A stretch of 64,000 bases of DNA from Candidatus Omnitrophota bacterium. Lineage in GTDB: Bacteria > Omnitrophota > Gorgyraeia > Zapsychrales > Fredricksoniimonadaceae. The translations under genes were made by a program, and so were the position numbers. A model generated the notes under the pieces. The model was not told the DNA's origin. It worked only from the letters and a program-made list of their open reading frames with translations, and ran no database searches. The stretch spans positions 7,890 to 71,889 of the forward strand of contig CAJARJ010000005.1 of the NCBI GenBank assembly GCA_903944345.1, given 5' to 3'. Shown piece by piece: positions 18,018-28,266 of this stretch; position 1 is the stretch's first letter, and the number at the start of each line of letters is the position of its first letter.

Positions 18018-19085
18018 ATGACCGAAGTCAAGAAAGTCTCTTCTGTGGAAAGTGAAAACAAGCGAAAAGCGCTGGATCTGGCTCTTGTCCAGATCGAAAA
18101 ACAGTTCGGCAAAGGTTCAATCATGAAAATGGACGGCCAGATTCGTCTGGACGTCGATTCTATTCCAACAGGATCTATTTCACTTGATCTGGCGCTGGGT
18201 GTCGGAGGAATACCTCGCGGACGGGTTATAGAGGTTTTCGGCCCCGAGTCTTCCGGCAAAACGACTTTAACACTGAGCATTATCAATCAAATCCAAAAAA
18301 AAGGCGGAGTTGCTGCTTTTATAGATGCCGAACACGCTTTTGATGCAACATATGCTGCCCGCATAGGTGTCAAACTTGATGAATTGCTTGTTTCTCAACC
18401 AGACACCGGGGAACAAGCTCTGGAAATTGCCGAAACACTGGTTCGTTCCAATGCTGTTGATCTGGTGGTTGTAGATTCTGTTGCCGCATTAACGCCCAAA
18501 GCTGAAATAGAAGGCGAGATGGGCGACAGTCATATGGGACTCCAGGCACGTTTGATGTCCCAGGCTTTACGCAAATTGACAGCTGTCACCAGTAAATCCA
18601 ATACTTGCCTGATCTTTATCAATCAGATTCGCATGAAGATTGGAGTTATGTTTGGCAATCCGGAAACCACTACCGGCGGGAATGCCCTTAAATTTTATTC
18701 TTCTGTACGAATTGACCTGAGACGTATCGAAACACTCAAAAAAGGCGATGAGCCTATAGGTAACCGGGTTCGGGCAAAAATTGTCAAAAACAAGGTGGCC
18801 GCCCCCTTCAAAGAGGCTGAGTTCGAAATCCACTTTAATGAAGGGATTTCCTATATGACCGATCTGATGGACCTGGCCATTAAACAAAACATTATTGATA
18901 AATCCGGGGCATGGTTTTCTTTCGAGGGTGAGCGGCTTGGCCAGGGACGCGATAATGTCAAAAAATTTCTGGAAGATACTCCCAAAATTGCTCACAAGAT
19001 CGAGAAACTAGTTTTAGAAAAAATCAAGGCCAAGCCTCCGGTAAACGTTAAACCGGAGCCTAAAGCCGAAAAGAAAGACGATTAG
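18018..19085 (+). CDS. recA: Recombinase RecA
   Basis: GGAGG RBS; Walker [10 protein letters not shown]; RecA L1/L2 regions. Confidence 0.95.
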   Translation: MTEVKKVSSVESENKRKALDLALVQIEKQFGKGSIMKMDGQIRLDVDSIPTGSISLDLALGVGGIPRGRVIEVFGPESSGKTTLTLSIINQIQKKGGVAAFIDAEHAFDATYAARIGVKLDELLVSQPDTGEQALEIAETLVRSNAVDLVVVDSVAALTPKAEIEGEMGDSHMGLQARLMSQALRKLTAVTSKSNTCLIFINQIRMKIGVMFGNPETTTGGNALKFYSSVRIDLRRIETLKKGDEPIGNRVRAKIVKNKVAAPFKEAEFEIHFNEGISYMTDLMDLAIKQNIIDKSGAWFSFEGERLGQGRDNVKKFLEDTPKIAHKIEKLVLEKIKAKPPVNVKPEPKAEKKDD

Positions 19086-19091
19086 TTTTTT

Positions 19092-19547
19092 ATGGACAGT
19101 ACAGACTTTCAGAAGGCGAAGGGATACGTCCTTCGCCTTTTGAAATTACGGCCAAGGACTCGGCTGGAATGCCTGCAAAAAATGGCAGTCAGAAAAATAC
19201 CTCCGGATGTAGCTCTCGAGGTTGTTGGCTCTTTGGAGTCTTCAGGATTAGTTGATGATTCTGCTTTTTCCCGTTTATGGCTGCAAAGTCGTTTATCAAG
19301 ATATGGTATGCGACGACTTGTGCGGGAACTGGAACAGAAAGGAATTTCCAGGGAGCAAATAGCACTTTCGGGTTATCCCGATCAGGCGGATTACGATGAA
19401 ATTGCGGTAGCCCGTCGTATTGCCCAAAAACGGAGCGGTGTTTACAAGGGCGTTGATCCGCTCAAACAGAAAAAGCGCTTGTCTGATTATTTAATACGCA
19501 GAGGTTTTTCACAACAAACAATTAACCAGGTATTAAAGGACATATGA
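19092..19547 (+). CDS. recX: RecA regulator RecX
   Basis: 151 aa three-repeat helical protein immediately after recA (conserved recA-recX-alaS synteny). Confidence 0.85.
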   Translation: MDSTDFQKAKGYVLRLLKLRPRTRLECLQKMAVRKIPPDVALEVVGSLESSGLVDDSAFSRLWLQSRLSRYGMRRLVRELEQKGISREQIALSGYPDQADYDEIAVARRIAQKRSGVYKGVDPLKQKKRLSDYLIRRGFSQQTINQVLKDI

Positions 19548-22195
19548 CCGGTAACGAAATACGCGCAAGCTATCTTGATTTTTTCAGATCCAAAGGGCAC
19601 AAGATCATCTCCAGTGATTCGCTGGTTCCCAAAGATGATCCGACCGTGCTATTCACGACGGCTGGAATGCAGCAATTCAAGCCACAATTTCTGGGACATC
19701 TAACCGGTTTTTCCCGCGCGGCTTCTTCCCAGAAATGTTTGCGCACAGACGATCTTACAGAAGTCGGAGTGACAGATTTCCATCATACGATGTTTGAAAT
19801 GCTGGGCAACTTCTCTTTTGGTGATTACTTTAAACGTGAAGCAATTCATTGGGCCTGGGAATTTCTGACAATGGTTGTAAAGATTCCTGCGCAGAAATTG
19901 TGGGTTTCCGTTCATCGCGAAGATGATGAAGCTTATAACATCTGGCTCAACGACATCCGTCTTTCTCCCGAGCGGATTGTCAAACTTGGAGACAAGTCCA
20001 ATTTCTGGCCGTCCAATGCCCGGCTGAACGGACCCAATGGCCCTTGCGGCCCTTGTTCTGAAATATTTTTTGATTGGGGAAAGAACGATTGTGCCAATCC
20101 TGACTGTAATCCTGACTGTTCCTGCGGACGATTTTGTGAAGTATGGAATCTCGTTTTTACTCAGTACAACAGAAAGGATGGCGGCATTCTTGAGCCACTA
20201 CCGGCAAAAAATATTGATACGGGCATGGGCCTGGAACGTTTGACAGCCGTCCTTCAGGGCAAACACAACAATTTTGATTCGGATCTCTTTCAACCGATCA
20301 TAGCCTGCATCATGGCTGCGGAAACAGCTAATGCTTTCAAACTAACTTTAAAAGAGAGAAGAATTATAGCTGACCATATCCGCGCGGTCACATTTGGAAT
20401 CGCTGATGGCGTTATCCCTTCCAATGAAGGCCGCGGGTATGTTTTACGCCGCTTGATTGTCGATATGACCAATATTCTGATCATGTCAGGCGTCAAGAAA
20501 CCTTTTATTCATACCTTTGTTCCAGCTGTTGTCAATATTATGAAAGACGCTTACCCTGAGTTGGTTCAGAAACAGGATGAAATTACAACTCTGGTTCTGC
20601 GTGTTGAAGAAGGTGTTTTACGTCTGAATGCCGAGATGGTTCCTGCTTTTCTTGCCGAGCTGGCGGCGCTCAGGCAAATACCTGATACCATAATGTTACC
20701 CAAACTGGCCGGGGAATTAATGTTTCGGTATCGTGATACCCACGGACTTTCTTTAGAGTTTATCCGGGTTAAAGCCGAAGAAATACTGTCGCCCGAGTTG
20801 GCCAGACAGGCGGATACAATTGTTCAGTCCTTGATGGATGAGCAAAAACAGCGATCACGTACCGGAAGCAAAATGCAAGGCGATGTTTTTCTGGCGGGTA
20901 TACTGGATGTCAAGAGTTTTCCCAAAACCGATTTTGTGGGATACTCACAGCCTTCAGTTGAGGCTTCAATAATTGGAATCTTTGCCGATGGACAAACAAT
21001 TACCTCTTTGAACGACTCCCAGCAAGCGGTTGTTGTTCTGGACAAAACTCCATTCTACGCTGAACAAGGCGGACAAACAGCCGATATTGGAATTTTACAT
21101 GGGAAGTCAGGATCATTTGAAGTTACAGATACTCGTAAGCAAGGAGATGTTTTTCTTCATTACGGCGTTTGTAAAGGTAACCTGGCTGTCAACCAACCTG
21201 TCAAGGCGGCGATTGATGGTGAACGTCGCATGGCAGTTGCCAGCAACCATACCGCAACACATCTATTACAGGCTGCTCTGCGTCAGATTCTGGGAGAGCA
21301 TGTCAAACAGCAGGGATCATTAGTTGATCAAAACCGTCTGCGGTTTGATTTTACTCATCCCAAAGCCCTAAGCCGGGAAGAACTGCTGTCAGTCGAGAAT
21401 GTGGTTAATTCTTTTGTGCGACGTTGCGATAAGGTGTCCAAACAGGAAATGCTCATGCAAGAAGCCAGTTCTTCCGGAGCGTTGGCTTTCTTTGCCGAGA
21501 AATATGGTGAAACCGTCCGGGTCGTTACTGCTGGTGAATACTCCAAAGAGTTCTGCGCCGGCACTCACCTGGATTGCACAGGACAGATTGGTCTTTTCAA
21601 AGTTTTGTCTGAAAATGCGGTCGCTCAAGGTATTCGTCGTATCGAGGCTGTTACCGGAACCGGAGCGGTTGCTTTGATGAGAGAAAAAGAGGACATTCTT
21701 GAACGTTCAGCCAGTCTTCTGAAAGTGCAGGCGCATGAACTTCCGGTCAGACTGGACGCGCATTTAAAACGCATGCGTGAACTGCAAAAGACTGTGGCTG
21801 ATCAAAATTTTCTGCTTATCAAAGAAAACCTCGATTCAGTGATTAACAAGGTTGTTGTTGCAGGAGAAGCAGCTTTTGTTTCCTGCATTTTCAAAAATAC
21901 AGATATGGAAACCCTGCGCAGGCTTTCCGATCTTGTTCGCCAGCGTTGTACCTCTTTTGTAGCTTTATTGGGATCGACAACAGATGAAGACGGGGCCTTG
22001 ATTATTTCCTGTTCAGATGATCTGGTCAAAAAGGGCTGTCATGCCGGAACCTTGATCAAGAGAATCACCGGCGTTTTCGGAGGCTCAGGCGGCGGACGTC
22101 CCAATATGGCTCAAGCCGGCTGCAAGGACCCGCAACGTCTGGCTGAAACATTTGAGCAAATGAAAAAGATCGTCAAGGAGAGCTCCGGACTATGA
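19544..22195 (+). CDS. alaS: Alanine--tRNA ligase
   Basis: 883 aa; class II core, editing domain HTATHLL, C-terminal DHHA1; start overlaps the recX stop. Confidence 0.95.
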   Translation: MTGNEIRASYLDFFRSKGHKIISSDSLVPKDDPTVLFTTAGMQQFKPQFLGHLTGFSRAASSQKCLRTDDLTEVGVTDFHHTMFEMLGNFSFGDYFKREAIHWAWEFLTMVVKIPAQKLWVSVHREDDEAYNIWLNDIRLSPERIVKLGDKSNFWPSNARLNGPNGPCGPCSEIFFDWGKNDCANPDCNPDCSCGRFCEVWNLVFTQYNRKDGGILEPLPAKNIDTGMGLERLTAVLQGKHNNFDSDLFQPIIACIMAAETANAFKLTLKERRIIADHIRAVTFGIADGVIPSNEGRGYVLRRLIVDMTNILIMSGVKKPFIHTFVPAVVNIMKDAYPELVQKQDEITTLVLRVEEGVLRLNAEMVPAFLAELAALRQIPDTIMLPKLAGELMFRYRDTHGLSLEFIRVKAEEILSPELARQADTIVQSLMDEQKQRSRTGSKMQGDVFLAGILDVKSFPKTDFVGYSQPSVEASIIGIFADGQTITSLNDSQQAVVVLDKTPFYAEQGGQTADIGILHGKSGSFEVTDTRKQGDVFLHYGVCKGNLAVNQPVKAAIDGERRMAVASNHTATHLLQAALRQILGEHVKQQGSLVDQNRLRFDFTHPKALSREELLSVENVVNSFVRRCDKVSKQEMLMQEASSSGALAFFAEKYGETVRVVTAGEYSKEFCAGTHLDCTGQIGLFKVLSENAVAQGIRRIEAVTGTGAVALMREKEDILERSASLLKVQAHELPVRLDAHLKRMRELQKTVADQNFLLIKENLDSVINKVVVAGEAAFVSCIFKNTDMETLRRLSDLVRQRCTSFVALLGSTTDEDGALIISCSDDLVKKGCHAGTLIKRITGVFGGSGGGRPNMAQAGCKDPQRLAETFEQMKKIVKESSGL

Positions 22196-23415
22196 AACTT
22201 CTACAATTACAGGCTAATACTATCCAGGAACTTTATAATCGCAATTTTTTCTATCGCCGCCAAAGCACAGTCTCAAAAGTTTCCCGTATTGTTGATGATA
22301 TCCGTTTGCACGGGGATACTGCGGTCCTGAAATATACCCGTCGTTTTGACCGCATCAAGATGACCGCAAAAGATTTAAGAGTTTCGGAAAGTGAAATCAG
22401 CAGTTCGTTTCAGGATATTTCATCGGACTTCATATCGACACTTAAATTTGCCATTAACAATGTTACGACTTTCTATAAGAAACAGATCAAGAAACCCGTC
22501 TGCATCAAAAGCGCTGACGGGATCGTGCTTAAAGAAGAATATTATCCTGTCGATTCTGTGGGCGTTTACATCCCTGCAGGAACAGCCCCTTTGGTATCGT
22601 CTGTCTATATGACAGTCATCCCTGCCCGTATTGCAGGTGTTCGACGGGTGGTTATTGCAACTCCACCAGGAAAAGATGGCCGGGTCAATCCGCACATCCT
22701 GGCTGTTGCCAATCTGCTAAATGTCAACGAAGTCTATAAGGTGGGCGGTGCCCAGGCCGTTGCCGCTCTGGCTTTTGGAACCAAAACTATTCCCCGTGTA
22801 GACAAGATAGTCGGGCCAGGGAACTCTTATGTGACTGAGGCCAAGCGCCAGTTGTTTGGATATGTTGATATCGATATGCTGGCAGGCCCCACCGAGCTTG
22901 TGGTCATTGCCAACCGTTACAGCAATCCTGAATACGTCATTGCTGATCTTGAATCGCAACTCGAACACTCTGGTGGTCTGTCCATCCTTATTTCCACTTC
23001 GAAAGGGCTGATACGACAGGTAAAAAACCGGGTTCAGGGAGGGTATGTCATATACGCGAAAAACATGGAAGAAGCTTGCGATATTGCCAACAAGATTGCC
23101 CCGGAACATCTACAAATTATGACCAATGATCCGCGGAGCGTGGCACGCATGATACGTAATGCGGGCGCAATCTTTCTGGGACCATTTAGTCCTACTCCGT
23201 TAGGAGATTATATTGCCGGCCCAAGCCACGTATTGCCAACTCTGGGGACAGCCAAGTTCTCTTCAGGATTATCATTGTCTGATTTCATGAAAACCAGTCA
23301 TATTATTTCCTATTCACGAAAAGCACTTGAAAAGGTTCGTGAACCTCTGGAAAAAGTGGCCTTGATTGAAGGTCTTGTCAAACATGCTGAATCAGTTAAT
23401 ATAAGGTTCAGATAA
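22192..23415 (+). CDS. hisD: Histidinol dehydrogenase
   Basis: ATG overlaps the alaS stop (ATGA); HisD N-terminal and NAD/Zn-binding regions. Confidence 0.9.
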   Translation: MKLLQLQANTIQELYNRNFFYRRQSTVSKVSRIVDDIRLHGDTAVLKYTRRFDRIKMTAKDLRVSESEISSSFQDISSDFISTLKFAINNVTTFYKKQIKKPVCIKSADGIVLKEEYYPVDSVGVYIPAGTAPLVSSVYMTVIPARIAGVRRVVIATPPGKDGRVNPHILAVANLLNVNEVYKVGGAQAVAALAFGTKTIPRVDKIVGPGNSYVTEAKRQLFGYVDIDMLAGPTELVVIANRYSNPEYVIADLESQLEHSGGLSILISTSKGLIRQVKNRVQGGYVIYAKNMEEACDIANKIAPEHLQIMTNDPRSVARMIRNAGAIFLGPFSPTPLGDYIAGPSHVLPTLGTAKFSSGLSLSDFMKTSHIISYSRKALEKVREPLEKVALIEGLVKHAESVNIRFR

Positions 23416-23487
23416 GACTTAATTATTCAATGCGGAGCCTTTTAAATAAAAAGGTCCGTATTAAATTCGTTTGAAAAAGGAGCGCAA

Positions 23488-24105
23488 ATGATACCAAGAC
23501 AAGCGACAATCGAAAGAAAAAGTAAAGAAACGCATATTAAGGCTTCATTGAACATTGACGGGCGCGGAGATCGTTGTGATATCCGTACCGGTATCGCCTT
23601 CCTTGATCATATGATTGAATTGTTCGCTTTCCATGGTCTTTTTGATCTCAAGCTGGAAGTCATTAAATCAGATACCGCAATTGATATCCATCATACAAAC
23701 GAAGATATCGGAATCGTTCTGGGCAAAGTTTTTAAACAGGCTTTAGCGGATAAAGCTGGGATCCGCCGCTTTGGCTGCGCAGGCGCACCCATGGAAGCAA
23801 CCGTCGCGCGTTGTGTTCTTGATATCAGTGGCCGCGGGTATTTCAAATTCAATATCGAGAACGATAAACTTGTAAATAATGGAGAAAAACAGGAATATTC
23901 CCTGAATTATCTGGAGCACTTCATGGAATCTTTCGCACACAATCTTGGCGCCACGCTGTGTATAACGTTACAAAATGGCTCTGATGATGTGCATACAAAT
24001 GTTGAGGCCGTTTTTAAGGCCCTGGGGCTGGCGCTTGATCAAGCCACGCAGGTAGATCCCAGAAGGGAAGGCATTGTGCCTTCAACAAAAGGAATTATTG
24101 ACTGA
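23488..24105 (+). CDS. hisB: Imidazoleglycerol-phosphate dehydratase
   Basis: RKSKETHIKASLNIDG ... IAFLDHMIE IGPD motifs; AAAGGAG RBS. Confidence 0.9.
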   Translation: MIPRQATIERKSKETHIKASLNIDGRGDRCDIRTGIAFLDHMIELFAFHGLFDLKLEVIKSDTAIDIHHTNEDIGIVLGKVFKQALADKAGIRRFGCAGAPMEATVARCVLDISGRGYFKFNIENDKLVNNGEKQEYSLNYLEHFMESFAHNLGATLCITLQNGSDDVHTNVEAVFKALGLALDQATQVDPRREGIVPSTKGIID

Positions 24106-24148
24106 ATCAGGCGACACTTCCTGCCGGGTTTAATCGGAGAGATTGCCA

Positions 24149-24754
24149 ATGATAGCTATCATTGATTATGGAATGGGGAATTTGCGCAGTGTTCAGAAAG
24201 CGCTTGAAGCTGCAGGCGCAAGTACCAAGATCGTTTCATCTGCCAAGGAACTGGATTCTGCCGACAAAGTTGTTTTGCCTGGTGTGGGAGCCATGAAACC
24301 GGCCATGGACAGGCTTGAGGAGCTGGGCCTAATTGAGCCTATACGGTTTTATGTAAGTTCTGGAAAACCTTTTCTCGGTATTTGTCTTGGGTTCCAATTG
24401 TTATTCGATCGCAGTTCTGAGGGCGGAGATGTTCAGGGACTGGGTATTATCTCCGGTGATGTTCGCCGTTTTCCAAATACTGTCAAGGTTCCCCAGATCG
24501 GTTGGAATAATCTCCTTTTGCCCAACGATGCTTCCTGTATGTTCCAGAAAATGCGAAATGACCTATTTGTGTACTTTTGTCATTCTTATTACGTTGTTCC
24601 TGAAGACGAAACTTTAGTGTCCGCATGGGCTCAATATGGCTTGCGCTATACCGCAGCTATCCAGCATAAAAACCTGTGGGGAGTGCAGTTCCATCCAGAG
24701 AAAAGCCAGGGGGCAGGGGCACTGCTTCTAAAAAATTTCGTTGAGACAATATGA
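24149..24754 (+). CDS. hisH: Imidazole glycerol phosphate synthase, glutamine amidotransferase subunit
   Basis: MIAIIDYGMGNLRSV; catalytic GICLG; C-terminal VQFHPEKS. Confidence 0.9.
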   Translation: MIAIIDYGMGNLRSVQKALEAAGASTKIVSSAKELDSADKVVLPGVGAMKPAMDRLEELGLIEPIRFYVSSGKPFLGICLGFQLLFDRSSEGGDVQGLGIISGDVRRFPNTVKVPQIGWNNLLLPNDASCMFQKMRNDLFVYFCHSYYVVPEDETLVSAWAQYGLRYTAAIQHKNLWGVQFHPEKSQGAGALLLKNFVETI

Positions 24755-25473
24755 TTATCCTTCCGGCTATTGATATTAAACAGGGTCGCGTCATTCGTCT
24801 TTTCAAAGGACAATTTGACAAGGTTACCGATTATGGTGCTGATCCTTTGTCTATGGCCAAACACTGGGAAGATATGGGCGCACCTTATTTGCATGTTGTC
24901 GATCTGGACGGAGCAGAATCAGGAAACCGGATCAACCAATCCATCATTTGCCGCATAGCCCAAGACCTCAAAATTCCTGTCGAAACCGGCGGAGGCATTC
25001 GTTCGCACGAAACGATCAGGGAATATATGCAGGCAGGTATTTCCCGGGTTATTCTGGGAACCAGAGTCGTCAGCGACCGGGACTTTCTTAAACGCGCACT
25101 GGCTGATTGGGGCGAACGTATTGCGGTCAGTATTGACTGTTCCAACGGTTTTGTCGCACAACGAGGATGGCAGGAAACCTCCTCGGTTAAAGGCATTGAT
25201 CTGGCTCGCGAATTTTCCGCCATGGGACTTCAGTACATTATTTACACGGATATAGCCAGAGACGGCACTCTTGAAGGGCCAAACATTACAGGGCTGCTCG
25301 AAATTCTTGATAATGTTTCTGTCAACGTTATTGCTTCGGGGGGAATTAAAGATGAGTCCGACATCAAAACTCTGTCCGCCCTCAAACGTTCCAATTTGTA
25401 CGGAGTCATAACCGGCAAAGCCATTTACGAAGGCAAGCTTGATCTTAAACACGCTTTAGGGCTTTGCCAATGA
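24751..25473 (+). CDS. hisA: ProFAR isomerase
   Basis: MIILPAIDIKQGRVIRL...; overlaps the hisH stop. Confidence 0.9.
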   Translation: MIILPAIDIKQGRVIRLFKGQFDKVTDYGADPLSMAKHWEDMGAPYLHVVDLDGAESGNRINQSIICRIAQDLKIPVETGGGIRSHETIREYMQAGISRVILGTRVVSDRDFLKRALADWGERIAVSIDCSNGFVAQRGWQETSSVKGIDLAREFSAMGLQYIIYTDIARDGTLEGPNITGLLEILDNVSVNVIASGGIKDESDIKTLSALKRSNLYGVITGKAIYEGKLDLKHALGLCQ

Positions 25474-27401
25474 GCCAACCCGGTTTGCGGACGACTTTTG
25501 TTGAGTATTGTCGTCGTGTTTTCTTTCTGTGTTCGAACCCGTTTTTTCCTTTCGTATTAGGCTTGATTTCTTTCTGCCTTATTATCGGACTGTTCTTCCC
25601 TCTTTTGAATGCAGAATATTTGTTCCATTATGATGATGGAACGAATTTCTTGCATAATTCCTGGGTAATAAACACTGAATTAACACAAATATGGAAGATC
25701 TTCTTTGCTGCAAATACAGCAAATCAAACCTATGTTCCCTTAAGCGTGCTGACTTTCTTTCTGGAGAACTATTTATGGGGACTACACGCACCTGTATCTC
25801 ATCTGATTAATCTTTTCTTACATCTCGCTGTTGTTGTTTTCTTGTACCAGTTTGCCAGATTGATAGGATCAACGAGGATCACCGCATTTACCGCTGCGTT
25901 AATATTTGCTCTACACCCATTACATGTGGAGCCAGTCGTCTGGGTATCTGCCCGCAAGGATCTTTTGTTCTCTCTTTTTTATCTCTTGTCCCTGATAGAA
26001 TATTGTCGGTACATTAAAGAACGTAAAGCCCAGGATTATTGCTTGTCTTTATTGGCCGGTTTACTGAGCATTCTCTCTAAACCTATGGCTATCTCATTGC
26101 CATTGGCACTTTTTCTGGTTGATTATTTAATGCAAAGACGGTTTGGAAAAAGATCCCTGTTTGATAAACTGCCTTTTATTTTCACCATTCTGCCCATTGG
26201 ATGGATAACCTACGCGATGAACGCCCGGTCATCCTTTTTTATCTGGCCAGATTCTTTACTTTTCTGGTCTGATTGCGGCTGGTTTTACATATCAAAATTT
26301 TTCTGGCCTGCTGCGTTAACCCCCTTAACTTTACCCGATTTATCTGCTAATTGGCTTTCAGACAGATTTATTTTTTCATTTCTTCCGTTAACTGCTTCTT
26401 TACTTGTGGCTCTTTTTGTAAAAAGCAGGTTAATGTTCTTTTCTTTAATGTTTTATGTGTGTGGCACCTTCTTTCTCTGGCGCTTTGATCTGGGTGTCGA
26501 TCTGAATTATGTTGCCGGAAGATTTATGTATCTGCCCAGCATCGGGTTTTGCCTACTGGTCGGCTTCTGTTTCGAGCAACTCCTTCGGCGTTTCAAGCCG
26601 GGATACTTTGCATGGGTTCTTCTTTCTGTTTTGATCATTTCTTTTCTTGTTTTGTCAGCCCGACAAGTTAGAATATGGCATAATTCGTGCGTTTTCTGGA
26701 AAGAGATCACTGCCCGCAATCCCGAATTTCCAGAAGGTTGGCGCTGGTTAGCTGCCGCCTATAACAATGGGGGAGAAGGTTGCTCCAGGCAAATTGCGCG
26801 GATGATTGCTGAAGATAAAAAAATATCCTGGATTAAATTTAGAAAAAAATATTCCGATTCTTATTATCTTAAAATTGATATCGTTCGACGAATACTGTCT
26901 TTACGCTATAGTCGAAAAGCATTGGAACTTAATCCTGAAGGCACCCAGGAATTGAATTATATCGGACGGGCTTTATTATTTCTTGGAAGCCCGCTAAAAG
27001 CACTTTACAACTTTGACCGGGCCATAGACCTGGATCCAAAGGAACCTTTACATTATTTGTTCCGAGCCAGGACTCATGCGGCATTAGCTCGATATGAAAA
27101 GGCAGTAACTGATTATGCTCAAACAATCGCTTTAGGTCATATTTCCGCTGAAACTTTCAGCGAGCGCGCAGATCTTTTGATACTGGCCAATCGGCCAAAG
27201 GAAGCTCTGGAAGACCTTAAGCGGGTTCTTGTTCATAGACCATTGAACAGGGACATTTATTCAAGATCATTTCTGGCTGCTATAAGAAGTTCGCAGCTGG
27301 AATTTGCCAATGATATTCTTACTCTGGAAAACAAGCTGTTTCCAAACGATATTTTATTGGACCAACACAAGCGATTACTTGAGCAGGCCCAAAGTCGTTG
27401 A
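25470..27401 (+). CDS. TMTC/PMT-like polytopic membrane protein with C-terminal TPR repeats (putative protein O-glycosyl/mannosyltransferase family)
   Basis: ATG overlaps the hisA stop; ~11 TM N-domain with LHPLHVEPVVWVSARKDLLFS motif; C-terminal TPR repeats; visibly AT-richer than flanking his genes. Confidence 0.65.
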   Translation: MSQPGLRTTFVEYCRRVFFLCSNPFFPFVLGLISFCLIIGLFFPLLNAEYLFHYDDGTNFLHNSWVINTELTQIWKIFFAANTANQTYVPLSVLTFFLENYLWGLHAPVSHLINLFLHLAVVVFLYQFARLIGSTRITAFTAALIFALHPLHVEPVVWVSARKDLLFSLFYLLSLIEYCRYIKERKAQDYCLSLLAGLLSILSKPMAISLPLALFLVDYLMQRRFGKRSLFDKLPFIFTILPIGWITYAMNARSSFFIWPDSLLFWSDCGWFYISKFFWPAALTPLTLPDLSANWLSDRFIFSFLPLTASLLVALFVKSRLMFFSLMFYVCGTFFLWRFDLGVDLNYVAGRFMYLPSIGFCLLVGFCFEQLLRRFKPGYFAWVLLSVLIISFLVLSARQVRIWHNSCVFWKEITARNPEFPEGWRWLAAAYNNGGEGCSRQIARMIAEDKKISWIKFRKKYSDSYYLKIDIVRRILSLRYSRKALELNPEGTQELNYIGRALLFLGSPLKALYNFDRAIDLDPKEPLHYLFRARTHAALARYEKAVTDYAQTIALGHISAETFSERADLLILANRPKEALEDLKRVLVHRPLNRDIYSRSFLAAIRSSQLEFANDILTLENKLFPNDILLDQHKRLLEQAQSR

Positions 27402-27458
27402 CAAATTTCTTTCGATGAACTTTATTTTACACTTTTGTTTAAACAATAACGGAGTATT

Positions 27459-28214
27459 ATGCTGACGAAACGCATTATTCCCTGCCTGGATGTTAAAGAC
27501 GGGCGAGTGGTTAAAGGCATTAATTTTGTCCAGTTACGTGATGCCGGAGACCCGGTCGAAATAGCCCGGGCTTATGATCTGGCCCGAGCGGACGAACTGG
27601 TTTTTCTGGATATTACAGCCAGCCATGAAGGCAGAAAGATATTTCTCGATGTGGTCAAGCGCACAGCCGAACAGATTTTTATGCCTTTGACGGTTGGTGG
27701 AGGGATTAACTCGGTCGAGGATATCCGGAGCTTACTTAATGCAGGGGCAGATAAAATTTCACTCAATACAGCTGCGGTGGCCAATCCGGCACTGATCAAG
27801 GAAGCTTCGGACAAATTTGGCTCGCAGTGTATTGTTGTGGCCATTGATGTCCGAAAAATTAACGGCGACTGGATCGTTTTCACGCATGGAGGCCGTCAAC
27901 AAACCAACCTCCAGGCTGTGCCCTGGGCGAAAGAAGTCGAAAGGCTTGGGGCTGGTGAAATCCTTTTGACCAGCATGGATACTGACGGGACAAAAGACGG
28001 GTTTGATATCCCGCTGACACGTGCTGTCAGTGCGTCGGTAGGGATTCCTGTCATAGCCTCGGGAGGGGCAGGTGCGCTTGCTCATTTCTATGATGTTTTC
28101 AGCCAGACGGGGGCGCAAGCCGCACTGGCCGCTTCCATTTTTCACTTTGGAGAAATTGCCATACCACAGGTTAAAGGTTATTTAATGGAACGTTCCGTTT
28201 GTGTTCGTGTCTAA
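27459..28214 (+). CDS. hisF: Imidazole glycerol phosphate synthase, cyclase subunit
   Basis: [20 protein letters not shown]; GGAG RBS. Confidence 0.9.
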   Translation: MLTKRIIPCLDVKDGRVVKGINFVQLRDAGDPVEIARAYDLARADELVFLDITASHEGRKIFLDVVKRTAEQIFMPLTVGGGINSVEDIRSLLNAGADKISLNTAAVANPALIKEASDKFGSQCIVVAIDVRKINGDWIVFTHGGRQQTNLQAVPWAKEVERLGAGEILLTSMDTDGTKDGFDIPLTRAVSASVGIPVIASGGAGALAHFYDVFSQTGAQAALAASIFHFGEIAIPQVKGYLMERSVCVRV

Positions 28215-28266
28215 TATTTTTTCAAGTTAAACGTATAAGCACCTGTGTTATCATCGAGGAATATCT

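Noticed and set aside
17552-18286. 244-aa - strand ORF spanning the glnK 3' half, terminator, recA promoter and recA 5' end
   Set aside because: Antisense to two well-supported genes, crosses a terminator and promoter, and its Pro/Ser/Arg-rich low-complexity translation is typical of a reverse frame. Other antisense ORFs rejected on the same basis: 861-1433, 24919-25452, 43216-43725, 49919-50404, 52340-52861, 56893-57558.
23416-23487. Bulged hairpin CGGAGCCTTTTA...AAAAGGTCCG between hisD and hisB as a terminator
   Set aside because: No downstream T-tract and hisB follows in the same operon with a good RBS. It could be an RNA processing or regulatory element, but the evidence is insufficient.
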